Shown here: one piece after another, positions 20,014 through 30,552 of the stretch
Position numbering within the stretch: position 1 is the stretch's first letter
Layout: every line of letters begins with the position of its first letter
Source of the DNA: Gammaproteobacteria bacterium
GTDB taxonomy: Bacteria > Pseudomonadota > Gammaproteobacteria > Ga0077536
Assembly: GCA_963662545.2 (NCBI GenBank)
Contig: CAXXLL010000002.1
Span: 1,568,001-1,632,000, forward strand
Direction: 5' to 3'
Length of the DNA: 64,000 nt
The notes under the pieces: generated by a model
The model's input: only the letters and a program-made list of their open reading frames with translations
Told to the model about the DNA's origin: nothing
The model's database searches: none
Program-made: the position numbers and the translations under genes

Positions 20014-20152
20014 AGCGGCCGCGCGCGGATAAATTCCTCGTGCGTTTAAAAACAATTAAGTTTGATGAGGGCCCCAAGGCAATGCGATCCCCATTCAGCC
20101 GCAGTACGGCTTGGGATCGTCTTTAAAATGAGACCAGAGGAGGTCGAGAACG

Positions 20153-20803
20153 ATGATCAAGTTGTATGGAATCGGTTTGAGCAATTACTACAACATGGTG
20201 AAACTGAGTCTGACGGAAAAGGGCCTGGACTTCGAAGAAGTGATGGCCGAGCCCAGTCAGGAATCGGATTACACTTCCAAGAGCCCGATGGGTAAGGTGC
20301 CCTGCATAGAAACGCCCGACGGTTTTCTATCTGAGACTGCAGGCATCATGAGTTACCTGGAAGCCCTGCAACCCAGTCCGGCGCTGCTACCTTCCAATCC
20401 GTACGCGCGCGGCAAGGTGCTGGAAATGATGCGGATCATGGAACTCTACATCGAACTGCAGGTGCGGCGGCACTATAACGAAGTCTTCTTCGGGGGCGAG
20501 CGCAACCAGGCGGCGTTCGACGAAGTGAAGCCCGTGATGGAGAACGGACTCAAGGCATTAAAGCAGGTCGGAAGCTACGGCCCCTACGTCGCGGGCAGTG
20601 ATTACACTTTCGCCGACATCGTTGCCGCCTATACATTCTGCTATGCGGTGCCGACCGCCCAGGCCATCTACGGCTGGGACATCATGAGCGAAGTGCCGGG
20701 GATGCAGGGCGCCATCGATGCGACGAACGCGCGTGAAGCGGGTGCGAAAGTCGCTGCCGATCACGGGGCCGCATTGAAGTCCTTCCAGGAAGCAGCCGCG
20801 TAA
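20153..20803 (+). CDS. Glutathione S-transferase
   Basis: SNYYN, SPMGKVP, LSET, YTFADI. Confidence 0.9.
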   Translation: MIKLYGIGLSNYYNMVKLSLTEKGLDFEEVMAEPSQESDYTSKSPMGKVPCIETPDGFLSETAGIMSYLEALQPSPALLPSNPYARGKVLEMMRIMELYIELQVRRHYNEVFFGGERNQAAFDEVKPVMENGLKALKQVGSYGPYVAGSDYTFADIVAAYTFCYAVPTAQAIYGWDIMSEVPGMQGAIDATNAREAGAKVAADHGAALKSFQEAAA

Positions 20804-20822
20804 AGCGAATCGACCAGGCATG

Positions 20823-20855
20823 AAGCGGGCTCTCTCGACGAGAGCCCGCTTTTTC
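20823..20855 (+). terminator. Intrinsic terminator
   Basis: AAGCGGGCTCTC-tcgac-GAGAGCCCGCTT followed by Ts. Confidence 0.85.
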
Positions 20856-20870
20856 TTAAGGGATTCAACT

Positions 20871-21272
20871 ATGGGCTCGGGAATAATATTGCCGGTCGAC
20901 TCCATTCGCGATCGCTTGAACGACGATAAAGAATTTCTGCTGAGCGCCCGGTACTGGACCTGCGATCTGCGCTTCGTCGTGGGTGCGGACCTGTATTTCA
21001 TGTCCGTCGACAAGGGCAGGGTCGCGCGTTTCCAGCACGGCACCCAAGGTTTCGATCCCTACACCATCAACATCGGTGGTCCGGTCGAAGTTTGGGAGCA
21101 AATGCTTCTCGAGGTGCCGAAACCTTTCTATCACGACTGGTTTGCGGCTTCGTTTCATCACGAATTCGAGTTCGGCGGCGATCTCGAAGCCCTCTATGCG
21201 TATTACTACGCGATCAGGCGTATCAAACTCATCATGGGTGAATGCGTACGCGAGCTTGAGCAGGCCGCGTAG
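20871..21272 (+). CDS. Hypothetical protein (possibly SCP2/sterol-carrier-like fold)
   Basis: ATG after the terminator; LNDDKEF...W, GPVEVWEQM, FGGDL pattern; 14 bp upstream of the hydrolase gene. Confidence 0.6.
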   Translation: MGSGIILPVDSIRDRLNDDKEFLLSARYWTCDLRFVVGADLYFMSVDKGRVARFQHGTQGFDPYTINIGGPVEVWEQMLLEVPKPFYHDWFAASFHHEFEFGGDLEALYAYYYAIRRIKLIMGECVRELEQAA

Positions 21273-21286
21273 CGGAGGACATAGCC

Positions 21287-22159
21287 ATGGCGCGTTTCTC
21301 GGATATCTCCGGACGTTACTTCTACCTCGATGTCGACGGTACGGAATACCGTGTTTACCTGGAAGAAGCCGGAAAGGGCATACCGCTCGTCTGCCAGCAC
21401 ACGGCGGGCGCCGACGGGCGCCAGTTCCGTCATCTTCTCGAAGATTCGGCGATCACTTCGCGCTTTCGGGTAATTTCGCCCGACCTGCCTTATCACGGCA
21501 AATCGCTGCCGCCGGCGTCGCGGCGTTATTGGGAAGAGGAATATAAGCTCACCCAGGACTGGTTCATGAATTACTGGGTGCGGCTCGTCAATGAGCTTGA
21601 ACTCGATCGGCCGGTGTTCATGGGGTGTTCCATGGGGGGGCACTTAGCCGGGGATCTGGCCCTGCATTATCCAGATGAATTCCGCGCCTGCATCGGCCTG
21701 GAAGCGTCCTGCTGGAGCGGCGACCTGAACCGGTTGATCGACGAATGGTTTAACCATCCGCGCCTCTCGAACGCCTCGAAGCCGGCCTTGATGATGAGCC
21801 TTTGCTCGCCCAGCGCGCCCGAAGAGAGCGTGCGCGAAACGGTGTGGACTTATAGCCAGGGCGCGCCGGTCGTTTTTGCGGGCGATCTAAACTATTACGG
21901 CAAGGAGCATGACCTGCGTGAAACCGCAAAGAACATCGATACGGGCAGGTGCATGCTGTACGTAATGAGTGGGGATTACGACTGGTCCGCCTATCCGGCG
22001 GCAGCCCAAGAGTTGGCCGACAAGGTGCCCGGCGCCGCCTATACCCTGATGGAAGGCATGGGCCACTTTCCGATGTGCGAAGACCCCGTGCAGTTCAAAA
22101 AATACCTGATGCCTGTTTTAGATGATATCGAGGCCCGCTCGGTCGGCAAGGCCGCCTGA
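21287..22159 (+). CDS. Alpha/beta hydrolase
   Basis: HTAGADGRQ, DLPYHGKS, GCSMGG nucleophile elbow, GHFPM. Confidence 0.9.
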   Translation: MARFSDISGRYFYLDVDGTEYRVYLEEAGKGIPLVCQHTAGADGRQFRHLLEDSAITSRFRVISPDLPYHGKSLPPASRRYWEEEYKLTQDWFMNYWVRLVNELELDRPVFMGCSMGGHLAGDLALHYPDEFRACIGLEASCWSGDLNRLIDEWFNHPRLSNASKPALMMSLCSPSAPEESVRETVWTYSQGAPVVFAGDLNYYGKEHDLRETAKNIDTGRCMLYVMSGDYDWSAYPAAAQELADKVPGAAYTLMEGMGHFPMCEDPVQFKKYLMPVLDDIEARSVGKAA

Positions 22160-22271
22160 GAATACAGTTTTTGTTCGCCCGCTTGCGGGCGAATAGGATC
22201 CTCAGCGGCCACTAATTCGTTCCGACCAGACGAATACCGGTTCAAAGCCCGCAGCAACAAGGGGCAGCGCA

Positions 22272-23822
22272 GTGTATCCGGGGATTTACGCCAGACAACG
22301 GGCCAACCAGCCTTGTTTCATCATGGCCGCTTCGGGCGAGACGGTCACTTACGGCGAGTACGAGGCGCGTACCAATCGGCTTGCGCATCTGTTGCGGGCA
22401 AGCGGCCTCGTGCCGCTCGATCACTATGCGATCTTCATGGAGAACAATTCGCGCTTTCTCGAAGCCTGCGGAGCGGGAACCCGTGCCGGTCTGTACTACA
22501 CCTGCGTCAACTCCTATCTCAATGCAGAGGAGGTGGCCTTTATCGTCAACAACAGCGAATCAAAAGTCGTCATCAGTTCGCGTGAAATGCGCGACGTTGC
22601 AATCGCGGCCATGGCGCAGTGTCCGAATGTACGCCTGCATCTTATGGTCGGCGCCACCGGCGACGATGGACCCTTCGTCGATTTCGAGCAGGCGGTAGCG
22701 AATTTTCCCGCGACGCCGATCGCGGACGAACGGCTCGGTACGGCCATGCTGTACTCGTCCGGCACCACCGGCCGGCCCAAAGGCATCCTGCGGCCTTTGC
22801 CCGATTCGCCGCCCGACGAGCTGCTGCCGCTCTACGAATTTCTCACTCGTATGTGGCGCTATCGGGAGGGCATGGTTTATCTATCGCCCGCACCCTTGTA
22901 CCACTCGGCGCCGAATGCGGCCGTTAGCCTCACGATCCGGATCGGGGGCACGGTGATCATCATGGAGCGCTTCGACCCGGAGCAATATCTCGCCCTGATC
23001 GAAAAGTATCGGATCACACACACCCAGCTCGTCCCTACCATGTTCAGCCGCATGTTGAAGCTGCCGCCAGCGGCGCGAAACCGCTACGACGTATCGTCTT
23101 TGGAATTCGCCGTGCACGCCGCGGCCCCCTGTCCGGTGCCGATCAAGCGGGACATGATCGAGTGGTGGGGGCCGATCATCCACGAGTATTACGGCGCGAC
23201 CGAGGGTCTCGGCTTTGCCGCCTGTGATGCCGGCGAATGGCTTGCGCATCCGGGCACGGTCGGACGGGTGCTGCTGGGAGAGCTACACATCCTGGACGAG
23301 GACATGAAGGCCTGCCCCATGGGTACGCCCGGTGCCGTGTGGTTCAAAACGGCGACGCCTTTCGAGTATTACAAGGATCCAGAAAAGACTCGTGAGGCCC
23401 GATCAGATGACGGGTCGATGAGCACGGTCGGTGACGTGGGATACGTCGATGACGACGGTTTCCTATACCTGACTGATCGCAAGACCTACATGATCATTTC
23501 CGGCGGTGTAAACATCTATCCGCAGGAGTGCGAGAATCTGCTGATTACCCATCCGAAAGTCGCGGATGCCGCGGTCTTCGGCGTGCCCAACGAAGACCTC
23601 GGAGAAGAGGTCAAGGCGGTGGTCGAGCCCATGCCGGGCAGCGAACCGGGGCCCGCACTCGAACATGAATTAATCGCGTTCTGCCGCGAACACCTGTCGC
23701 ACCAGAAATGCCCGCGCTCGATCGATTTCGAAAGCGAACTGCCCCGTCTGCCGACTGGAAAGCTTTACAAGCGCCTGCTGCGGGATCCTTACTGGAGCGA
23801 AAAAGACAACCGGATCGTCTAA
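22272..23822 (+). CDS. Acyl-CoA synthetase (AMP-binding)
   Basis: YSSGTTGRPKG, YYGATE, VGDVG, ISGGVNIYPQE, LPTGKL. Confidence 0.95.
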   Translation: MYPGIYARQRANQPCFIMAASGETVTYGEYEARTNRLAHLLRASGLVPLDHYAIFMENNSRFLEACGAGTRAGLYYTCVNSYLNAEEVAFIVNNSESKVVISSREMRDVAIAAMAQCPNVRLHLMVGATGDDGPFVDFEQAVANFPATPIADERLGTAMLYSSGTTGRPKGILRPLPDSPPDELLPLYEFLTRMWRYREGMVYLSPAPLYHSAPNAAVSLTIRIGGTVIIMERFDPEQYLALIEKYRITHTQLVPTMFSRMLKLPPAARNRYDVSSLEFAVHAAAPCPVPIKRDMIEWWGPIIHEYYGATEGLGFAACDAGEWLAHPGTVGRVLLGELHILDEDMKACPMGTPGAVWFKTATPFEYYKDPEKTREARSDDGSMSTVGDVGYVDDDGFLYLTDRKTYMIISGGVNIYPQECENLLITHPKVADAAVFGVPNEDLGEEVKAVVEPMPGSEPGPALEHELIAFCREHLSHQKCPRSIDFESELPRLPTGKLYKRLLRDPYWSEKDNRIV

Positions 23823-23901
23823 TCCGGTAAATAGCCGTTCCGAATTTCAAGCGTCTGGCGCGGCGCAGCAGCGGAAATCGGGTGCGTGTTCCGCCCATTC
23901 G

Positions 23902-24585
23902 TTACGCCGGTTTCTTCAGGCCCAGGCGCTCATAGTATTTCATGGGGACCTTGTCCGGATCCTTGTATACGATCATCGTACAGTACTCTTTGCCGAGCTT
24001 CTCAGCCGGTTCGACGACGACGAAAGGCGTGCCGTTTTCCTCGATATCGACTTTTTCCATCGCGTATTCGTGCGCGCAGTAGACCGGGAAATTCTTGCGG
24101 CCGTAGGTTAGCGGCTGTGCCTTCTCGATGGTCAGAAACGCGTCCTTTCCTTCGTACTTCCCTTCGGAGATCAAGCGCCCCCCGCTGCCGCAGGGGCAGA
24201 GCTTGATCGCAATCTTCTCATCGTCCTCGGTAATCGAAAGTGGTTGCAGGTGACCATGCAGGCCGGCGACAAACATCTTGACCTTCGCCGGCATTGAATC
24301 GGGACCGTCTGGCAGGCTCGCGACGATGGGTTTCCACCAGGCCCTGACCCCCTCCGTCATGATTTCCTCCAACGCCGCATCGCCGTAGCGCCGCCCAACC
24401 TCACTCAACGTTGCGGTGATCCAGTTGCGATACAGATCATGCATGCTCAGGAATTCGTTATACATGCGTTTCGCAATCTTCTTTGCCTTTTCCGAATCGC
24501 CTGATTCGATCGCGTCCGTCAAGCGGTCGACGGTACGCTTCTCCATCTCCCGCAATTCGTCTTCACTGAAAAATCGCTCTGCCAT
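23902..24585 (-). CDS. Hypothetical protein with Cys/His motifs
   Basis: Strong RBS GGGAGGA; CPCGSGGRL and VYCAHE motifs. Confidence 0.7.
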   Translation of the reverse strand: MAERFFSEDELREMEKRTVDRLTDAIESGDSEKAKKIAKRMYNEFLSMHDLYRNWITATLSEVGRRYGDAALEEIMTEGVRAWWKPIVASLPDGPDSMPAKVKMFVAGLHGHLQPLSITEDDEKIAIKLCPCGSGGRLISEGKYEGKDAFLTIEKAQPLTYGRKNFPVYCAHEYAMEKVDIEENGTPFVVVEPAEKLGKEYCTMIVYKDPDKVPMKYYERLGLKKPA

Positions 24586-24617
24586 GGGTCGTCCTCCCTT
24601 TAATTCGATTATTTATC

Positions 24618-25457
24618 TCAGACGGGCCTGTCGCCCTCCAGCGTGACCCGGTGCATCACCCGCCGGTGCCCATGGTAATCGTTGAGCGCATTGTGCTGCG
24701 CGCAGCGATTATCCCAGAAAGCGACGGATCCCGGTTCCCAATGAAACCGACAGCCGAAATCATCGCGCTGCTGAACACTATAAACGTACTCGAGCAACGG
24801 ACGGCTTTCTTCCGGCGTCATTCCTTCGAGGTTCACGGTATGCGCATTGCTGCAGTAAAGACACTTGCGTCCGGTTTCGGGATGAGTGCGCACGATCGGG
24901 TGGGACGATGTCGTGACGACGTCCGTGGCGTCCTTCGGGCTTTCCGCAATCCGGTGCGTCCGCGTCACTGCGGCATCGGGCTTCTCTGAACTGTTCACGC
25001 CCCGCAGTCCGTCAAGCAGGTCCTTCATGGTGTCGGACAGGGATTCGTAAGCCAGATACATGTTGGCGAAAAGTGTGTCGCCGCCGCTTGAAGGTACTTC
25101 TTTGGCGTACAAAATCGACCCCAGGGGCGGTGTTTCGAGATAACTCGTATCGGTGTGCCACAGCCCGCCGAAATTGATCGCCTCGTCCTCCCTTTTTACG
25201 ACTTCGACGACTTCCGGTTGGTCCGCCATGCCTTCGACAAACGGGTAGTAGCCGATTTCACCGAAGTGTTTCGCGAAGTCGACGAGTCGAGCGGGGTTCA
25301 GAGACTGCCCGCGAAAGAAGATCACCAGCCGATCGAGCAGTGCGGAACGGATTTCCCGGATGACCGGATCTGGCAGGTCTTCGGAAATATCGACGCCGGC
25401 AACGATGCCGCCGATGGCGGGCGTCATGGGCTCAACGGTAATCGTTTGGTAATTCAT
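24618..25457 (-). CDS. TauD/TfdA-family 2OG dioxygenase
   Basis: WHTDTSY, GGDTLFANM, HPIVRTHPETGRK, WDNRCAQH, RVMHRV. Confidence 0.95.
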   Translation of the reverse strand: MNYQTITVEPMTPAIGGIVAGVDISEDLPDPVIREIRSALLDRLVIFFRGQSLNPARLVDFAKHFGEIGYYPFVEGMADQPEVVEVVKREDEAINFGGLWHTDTSYLETPPLGSILYAKEVPSSGGDTLFANMYLAYESLSDTMKDLLDGLRGVNSSEKPDAAVTRTHRIAESPKDATDVVTTSSHPIVRTHPETGRKCLYCSNAHTVNLEGMTPEESRPLLEYVYSVQQRDDFGCRFHWEPGSVAFWDNRCAQHNALNDYHGHRRVMHRVTLEGDRPV

Positions 25458-25492
25458 GCGTACCGCCGAAAATGGCAATTTCGGGTTACGGG

Positions 25493-26329
25493 CTAGCTTA
25501 GTCCAGCACGTATCGACCCGTCGATCGCATCGACGATTTCCGCGTACTGCGCCGGACTGTCGTAACCCTGGGTATGCACAAGGTGCGTGACTCCCGCGTC
25601 TTGATAGGCTTGCGCGAGTTCGCTTGCCTGGGCCATGTCTTCCAGTGGCAGCGTCTTCATAGCGACGATCTCAGGCGGATTCTTGTCGAGGTCCGCGGCC
25701 TGTTGCCGAAAGGACTTGATCTCACCCTCGAGCTGTTCGGGCGACAGGCCGACCGGCATCCAGCCGTCTCCGTATTTGAGCGAGCGTGGAATCGCGATTT
25801 CCGCCTTGCCGCCGATGTAAATGGGTGGGAGGCTCAGGGTCGGATTGAGCAGAAAGGGCTGGCCGTTCGATTCGATCAGCGGATTGGTCGAAGTCTCGCG
25901 CAGGAATGCGAGCGTCTCGTCGGTTATCTTGCCGCGGCGTGTTCGCGGCACGCCCAGCGCCTTGAATTCTTCCTTGAGGTAGCCGGGTCCGATACCGAGC
26001 AAAAAGCGGTCGTTCGACAGCACCTGAATGGTCGCGATGAGTTTGTTGGTCAAAATCGCGGACCGATAAGGAATGATCAAAACGGCCGTTCCGAAGTGGA
26101 TTCGGCGGGTGACGGCGGCGAGGAAATTGCCGAACGCCAGCGGATCCAGGATCGCTCCCATGTCGTCGGGGATACCGTAATCGTTGTTGTCAATTGTCGG
26201 CGGCAGACCGATGTGATCATTGAACCAGATCGCGTCCAGCGTCGAGCGGTCGGCGGCCTCCGCGCAGGCGCGAAGAAAATCAGGGGTTGCGGTCGGACCC
26301 CAGTTTCGAATGTTCATTCCCAGTTTCAA
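25493..26329 (-). CDS. LLM-class flavin/F420-dependent oxidoreductase
   Basis: IWFNDHI, FGTAVLIIPYR, RFLLGIGPGY..EF, GDGWMP. Confidence 0.85.
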   Translation of the reverse strand: MKLGMNIRNWGPTATPDFLRACAEAADRSTLDAIWFNDHIGLPPTIDNNDYGIPDDMGAILDPLAFGNFLAAVTRRIHFGTAVLIIPYRSAILTNKLIATIQVLSNDRFLLGIGPGYLKEEFKALGVPRTRRGKITDETLAFLRETSTNPLIESNGQPFLLNPTLSLPPIYIGGKAEIAIPRSLKYGDGWMPVGLSPEQLEGEIKSFRQQAADLDKNPPEIVAMKTLPLEDMAQASELAQAYQDAGVTHLVHTQGYDSPAQYAEIVDAIDGSIRAGLS

Positions 26330-26400
26330 AGATTTATTCTCCTTTCCCGTAGGGTCCCGCGAACGTGCGATCCGCTACCGGGCTTCGATGTTGGAACAGT

Positions 26401-27957
26401 TCAATTGACTTTGCTCTCCTTGCCTTCCCAGAAAGGCTTGCGCAGCTCCGTCTTGAGCACCTTGCCGGCGCCGGAAAGCGGCAGGGGGACCTCGCTAAAG
26501 CTGATCGAACGGGGGCATTTGAAGTCCGCGATCAATGTTCGGCAGTGGGCCATGAGATCCCTGGCGTCGGGACTGGCGCCTTCGGCTGGCACCACCACAG
26601 CGTGTACGCGCTCGCCCCATTTGTCATCGGGAACGCCGATGACGGCACATTGCCCGACATCCGGGTGCTGATACATCGCGTTCTCGACTTCGGTCGAATA
26701 CACGTTTTCTCCGCCTGAGATGATCATGTCTTTCAAACGATCGCCGATGAAGATGAATCCGGCTTCGTCCATATGAGCGACGTCGCCGGTGTGTAGCCAG
26801 CCGCCGCGCAGGGTTTCGACGGTCAAATCGTCGCGCCCCCAGTACCCTTTCATAATATTAGGGCCGCGCGCGACGATCTCACCGATCTCGCCGCGCGGCA
26901 CTTCCTTGCCATCCTCGTCGACGATCTCGAGATCGACCGCGGGCAGGGCGCAGCCGCAGGAGCGCAAGCGTCCCGCGGCGGGCCCAACGGAGGTGTGATA
27001 GCGCGAGGGCAGGGCGGTCAGCAGGGGTGCGGCTTCGGTCTGGCCGTACAGGTGAAACGCCTCCACCCACGGGAGTTTTTTGCCCAATTCAACGGCCAGC
27101 GCTTCCGGCATGGGCGACGCGCCGTAGAACAACCTCTTGAATTTCGTGAGGTCGAATTTTTTAAAGCCCGGCTGTTCGAGCAGCATCTGGATCATGGAGG
27201 GAACGAGGATGGTGTCGGTGACGTGGTGGTCTTGCAGGGCCTGTGCACAGGCCGCCGGATCGAAGCGGGGCATGAAAATATGCCGGCCGGCGATATGCGT
27301 GATCAGGTAGACGTACTGTGCATCGGCGATGTGGAAAGTCGGCGCGGCATGCAGGTAAATGGTGTCCGGTAGCGCGCCGACCATGGTCACGAATTGCAGG
27401 GTGTTGGTGACGTGGTTTGCGTGGGTTAGCATCACGCCTTTCGCACGCCCCGTGGTCCCACCGGTATAAAAGATGCCGGAAACCGTATCGGAATCGTTGG
27501 GGTATTCTTCGATCGGTTGCGAGTTTTCGACCAGTCCGTCGTGCGTGGCATCGCGGCCGTCGAGATCGGCATCGACGCAAACAATTTTGAGCCCGTGGTC
27601 GACCTGTTCTCGGAGCTCCGGGACCAGCGACCAGAATTCCCGGTCGACGAACAGGACCTTGGTACCGGAATCGTTGAGGGCATACGCAATTTCGGGCGCC
27701 GACCACCGGTAATTTACTGGAACGATGATGCCCCCCGCCCAGGGAACGGCGAAGAATACCTCAAGGTAGCGATCGGAATTTAGAGCGACAATCGCGACGC
27801 GATCGCCGGGTGCGACCCCAAGTTGCTGGAGTCCACCCGCGAGCCGCGCGATACGGTCCGCGAGCTGTACCCAGGTGTGACGACGCTCGCCGTCGATCGT
27901 CGCGATCTGATCGGGTATCTGTTGGGTGTTTCGCTGCAGTGGCTGCGTGACGCGCAT
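26401..27957 (-). CDS. Long-chain fatty-acid--CoA ligase
   Basis: YTGGTTGRAKG, YGQTE, HTGD, ISGGENVY, GAGKV. Confidence 0.95.
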   Translation of the reverse strand: MRVTQPLQRNTQQIPDQIATIDGERRHTWVQLADRIARLAGGLQQLGVAPGDRVAIVALNSDRYLEVFFAVPWAGGIIVPVNYRWSAPEIAYALNDSGTKVLFVDREFWSLVPELREQVDHGLKIVCVDADLDGRDATHDGLVENSQPIEEYPNDSDTVSGIFYTGGTTGRAKGVMLTHANHVTNTLQFVTMVGALPDTIYLHAAPTFHIADAQYVYLITHIAGRHIFMPRFDPAACAQALQDHHVTDTILVPSMIQMLLEQPGFKKFDLTKFKRLFYGASPMPEALAVELGKKLPWVEAFHLYGQTEAAPLLTALPSRYHTSVGPAAGRLRSCGCALPAVDLEIVDEDGKEVPRGEIGEIVARGPNIMKGYWGRDDLTVETLRGGWLHTGDVAHMDEAGFIFIGDRLKDMIISGGENVYSTEVENAMYQHPDVGQCAVIGVPDDKWGERVHAVVVPAEGASPDARDLMAHCRTLIADFKCPRSISFSEVPLPLSGAGKVLKTELRKPFWEGKESKVN

Positions 27958-27983
27958 GTCGATTTAAGCCTCTTCGATGGCGA

Positions 27984-28967
27984 TCAGCGGGTCGCGCTGC
28001 GGAGTTCGTCTACCAATTGTTGAACGATCTCCGCGGCCGGCATGACGCGGTCGATCCGTTCGACCGACTCTCCTGCGTAAAGCGGTAAAGCTTCGAGGTC
28101 GCCCTCAAACCCTTCCATCGGAGGAATGACGGTATAACGCGACAAGGGGATCTTCTGATCTCCCAGGGTAATCGTGCCGATCTCGTCGTTTTCGCCGGGT
28201 CGATCGCCCGGTGCCGGCTCGCCGGCTTTTTCCCAGTCGTCGTAGGTCTTATTGCGAATGACGCGGTGGTTGGCGTCCGGCCAGCCGAGGTCGAACAGCT
28301 TGGTCAAGACCGTGTCTGCGGCCGTGGATTTGACGATGCGATCCTTGTATTCACCGAGCGCAAAAGCCTCTTCACTCGCGACGAAGCGCGTTCCGATGGA
28401 GACGGCGCGTGCACCCAACTCGAGTACCTCGGCGATGTCGGCGCCGGTTGCGATCCCGCCCGCGGCGATTATGGGAATGGGACCCAACTCCGAAACTGTC
28501 TGGGGCAGGGTCACTTTCAGAGATTCCAGCGCCTTCACGTGCCCGCCAGCCTCGGTGCCCTGCACGATGACGGCATCGACGCCCGCGTCGGCGGCGGCCA
28601 CCGCTTCAGCGGCACTGCCGACCTGCGACACCACGAACATGTCGCGCTTATGCGCATCGCCGACGAAAGGTTGCGGATCGCCCCAAAACAATACGAGGAC
28701 CGGTACGCGTGCCTCGAAACACGCTTCGATATCCGCATCGTCGGACATCGGCATGATGATATTGGTGCCGAAAGGACGTGTAAGAAGTTCGCGGGTGGTC
28801 GCGATCAGCGAAGTGACGAGATCGCTCGGTACGGCGCCCGCGCCGAGGACGCCGAAGCCTCCGGCATCGGATACCGCCGCGACCAGCGCGGGTCCAGCGA
28901 GTCCGCCTCCCATGCCCGCGCTCCAGATCGGAAGTTTGATCCCCAGTCGTTCGATTAGGTCGGCCAT
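27984..28967 (-). CDS. Nitronate monooxygenase family (FMN) protein
   Basis: AGMGG, QGTEAGGH, AAGGI, GTRF. Confidence 0.9.
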   Translation of the reverse strand: MADLIERLGIKLPIWSAGMGGGLAGPALVAAVSDAGGFGVLGAGAVPSDLVTSLIATTRELLTRPFGTNIIMPMSDDADIEACFEARVPVLVLFWGDPQPFVGDAHKRDMFVVSQVGSAAEAVAAADAGVDAVIVQGTEAGGHVKALESLKVTLPQTVSELGPIPIIAAGGIATGADIAEVLELGARAVSIGTRFVASEEAFALGEYKDRIVKSTAADTVLTKLFDLGWPDANHRVIRNKTYDDWEKAGEPAPGDRPGENDEIGTITLGDQKIPLSRYTVIPPMEGFEGDLEALPLYAGESVERIDRVMPAAEIVQQLVDELRSATR

Positions 28968-29136
28968 ATGAACGTGCTCTTGAATTTCGTGCTCGGGCGG
29001 TGCCGGAGCAATCTATGTAAATGCCCGTGGTTTTGCAATCGGCGTCGCTTGTGAACTCGCCGCGCGGCACGGTGGCGCGCCCCGGCATCGTTCCAGGCTA
29101 TTTTCGAGTGCATTTCAAAGCCGTATACAGTTGGTA

Positions 29137-30384
29137 TCAAGCGGCGTCGCCGAAGGCGCCCGCGGCGCCAAGGCGCTCGATTTCCGCGGCTTCGTACCCC
29201 AGAAAATCCCGCAGAATGGATTCCCCATGCTGGTGAAAATGAGGCGGGGGTTCAGGGGTGGACAACACCGCAGCGTCCCCGCCAAGCGCCACCGTTCGGA
29301 CACCGCGCAAGAGGCGCCCGTCACACTCGCTTTCCAGTAATAAATGGCGAGCCCCGGGTTGCTCGAACACCGCGGCCATGTCATTCACGAATCCATAGGG
29401 CACCTTGGCCGCCTCGAATCGACGCGCGAGCTCGTCCGATTCGATCTTCGCAGCCTGGGCGCGGATCCGGTCGAGCAGCTCAGTGCGGCGTTCGACGCGT
29501 TGTTGACCGGTGGCGAATTTCGGATCTTCGGCGAGTTCCGGCAACCCAAGCGCGCGTACGAGTTCGCGATATTGGCGCTCGGTTGCGGCGGCGATGACGA
29601 GTTCGCGTCCGTCGCTGCACTCGAGTATCGAGCCGTAGGGCACGATGTTCGGGTGTTCCGAACCCATGCGTTGCGGAACGGTATCGGCGACCAGGTAATT
29701 GGTCGCCTGGTTAGCCAGCGACGCAACGCCCGCTTCGAGCAGCGAGGTGATCACCAGCGATCCTTGGCCGGTGCGTTCGCGTTTGAGCAGCGCGAGGAGC
29801 AGGCCTTGCTTCAATTGGTGTGCAAGCAAGATGTCGACCAACGCCACGGGCATTTTCGTCGGTGGCCCATCGGGTTCACCGTTCAGGAACGTGAAGCCGC
29901 TTTCGGCCTGCAGGATCGCATCGAATCCGGGGCGCGGATCGTCAGGACCGTAGGCCGTGATCTGCCCGTAGATCAAGCGCGGGTTGATCGCTGCCAGGGT
30001 GGCGTAGTCGAGCTTCAACTTATTTTCGTCGCCGGGCTTGAAGCTCGCGACGACGATGTCCGCGCGACGAACCAGCGCGTGCGCTACTTCGAGCCCGGCC
30101 GGCTTCATGTAGTTGCAGGCCAGCGATTCTTTCCCCCAGTTGGCGCAGGCGAAATAGGCGGAGATATCGGTGTCCCGGGGTTCGCTCACCAGCTTCCATC
30201 CCCGGGTTGCATCGCCTTGCGTGCGCGGATTTTCCAGTTTAATTACCCGGGCTCCGAGTTCGGCGAAGCTCATCGTTGTGAGCGGACCCGCGAGGATGTT
30301 GGCGAGTTCAAGAACGATGAATGAGCGATCAAACACGGTTTTTCCGGTGGCGGCTCGATGCAGCCGCAATATCTGGGTGGACAA
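29137..30384 (-). CDS. Family III CoA-transferase (CaiB/BaiF)
   Basis: LAGP, ELGARVIKLE, NWGKES, PGFDAILQAESG, HPNIVPY; start uncertain. Confidence 0.9.
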   Translation of the reverse strand: MSTQILRLHRAATGKTVFDRSFIVLELANILAGPLTTMSFAELGARVIKLENPRTQGDATRGWKLVSEPRDTDISAYFACANWGKESLACNYMKPAGLEVAHALVRRADIVVASFKPGDENKLKLDYATLAAINPRLIYGQITAYGPDDPRPGFDAILQAESGFTFLNGEPDGPPTKMPVALVDILLAHQLKQGLLLALLKRERTGQGSLVITSLLEAGVASLANQATNYLVADTVPQRMGSEHPNIVPYGSILECSDGRELVIAAATERQYRELVRALGLPELAEDPKFATGQQRVERRTELLDRIRAQAAKIESDELARRFEAAKVPYGFVNDMAAVFEQPGARHLLLESECDGRLLRGVRTVALGGDAAVLSTPEPPPHFHQHGESILRDFLGYEAAEIERLGAAGAFGDAA

Positions 30385-30552
30385 GGAAAAGAGCGGGGAT
30401 CGTTCCCCGCTGCCACCTCGATTCTATCGCATCAGCGTTCCGAGCTGCGTTATTCAGTATGTCCTGGGTCCGGCCCAGCCGTTCGCGTTGCGCAGGTCGA
30501 AGCGTGTGCGTTAACTTGGCGGTTCGCTGCAACCGGGTCGACGAGACGACTG

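Noticed and set aside
19153-26329. Claim of F420 use from two LLM genes
   Set aside because: Cofactor cannot be determined from these motifs, and no F420 biosynthesis genes are in the window
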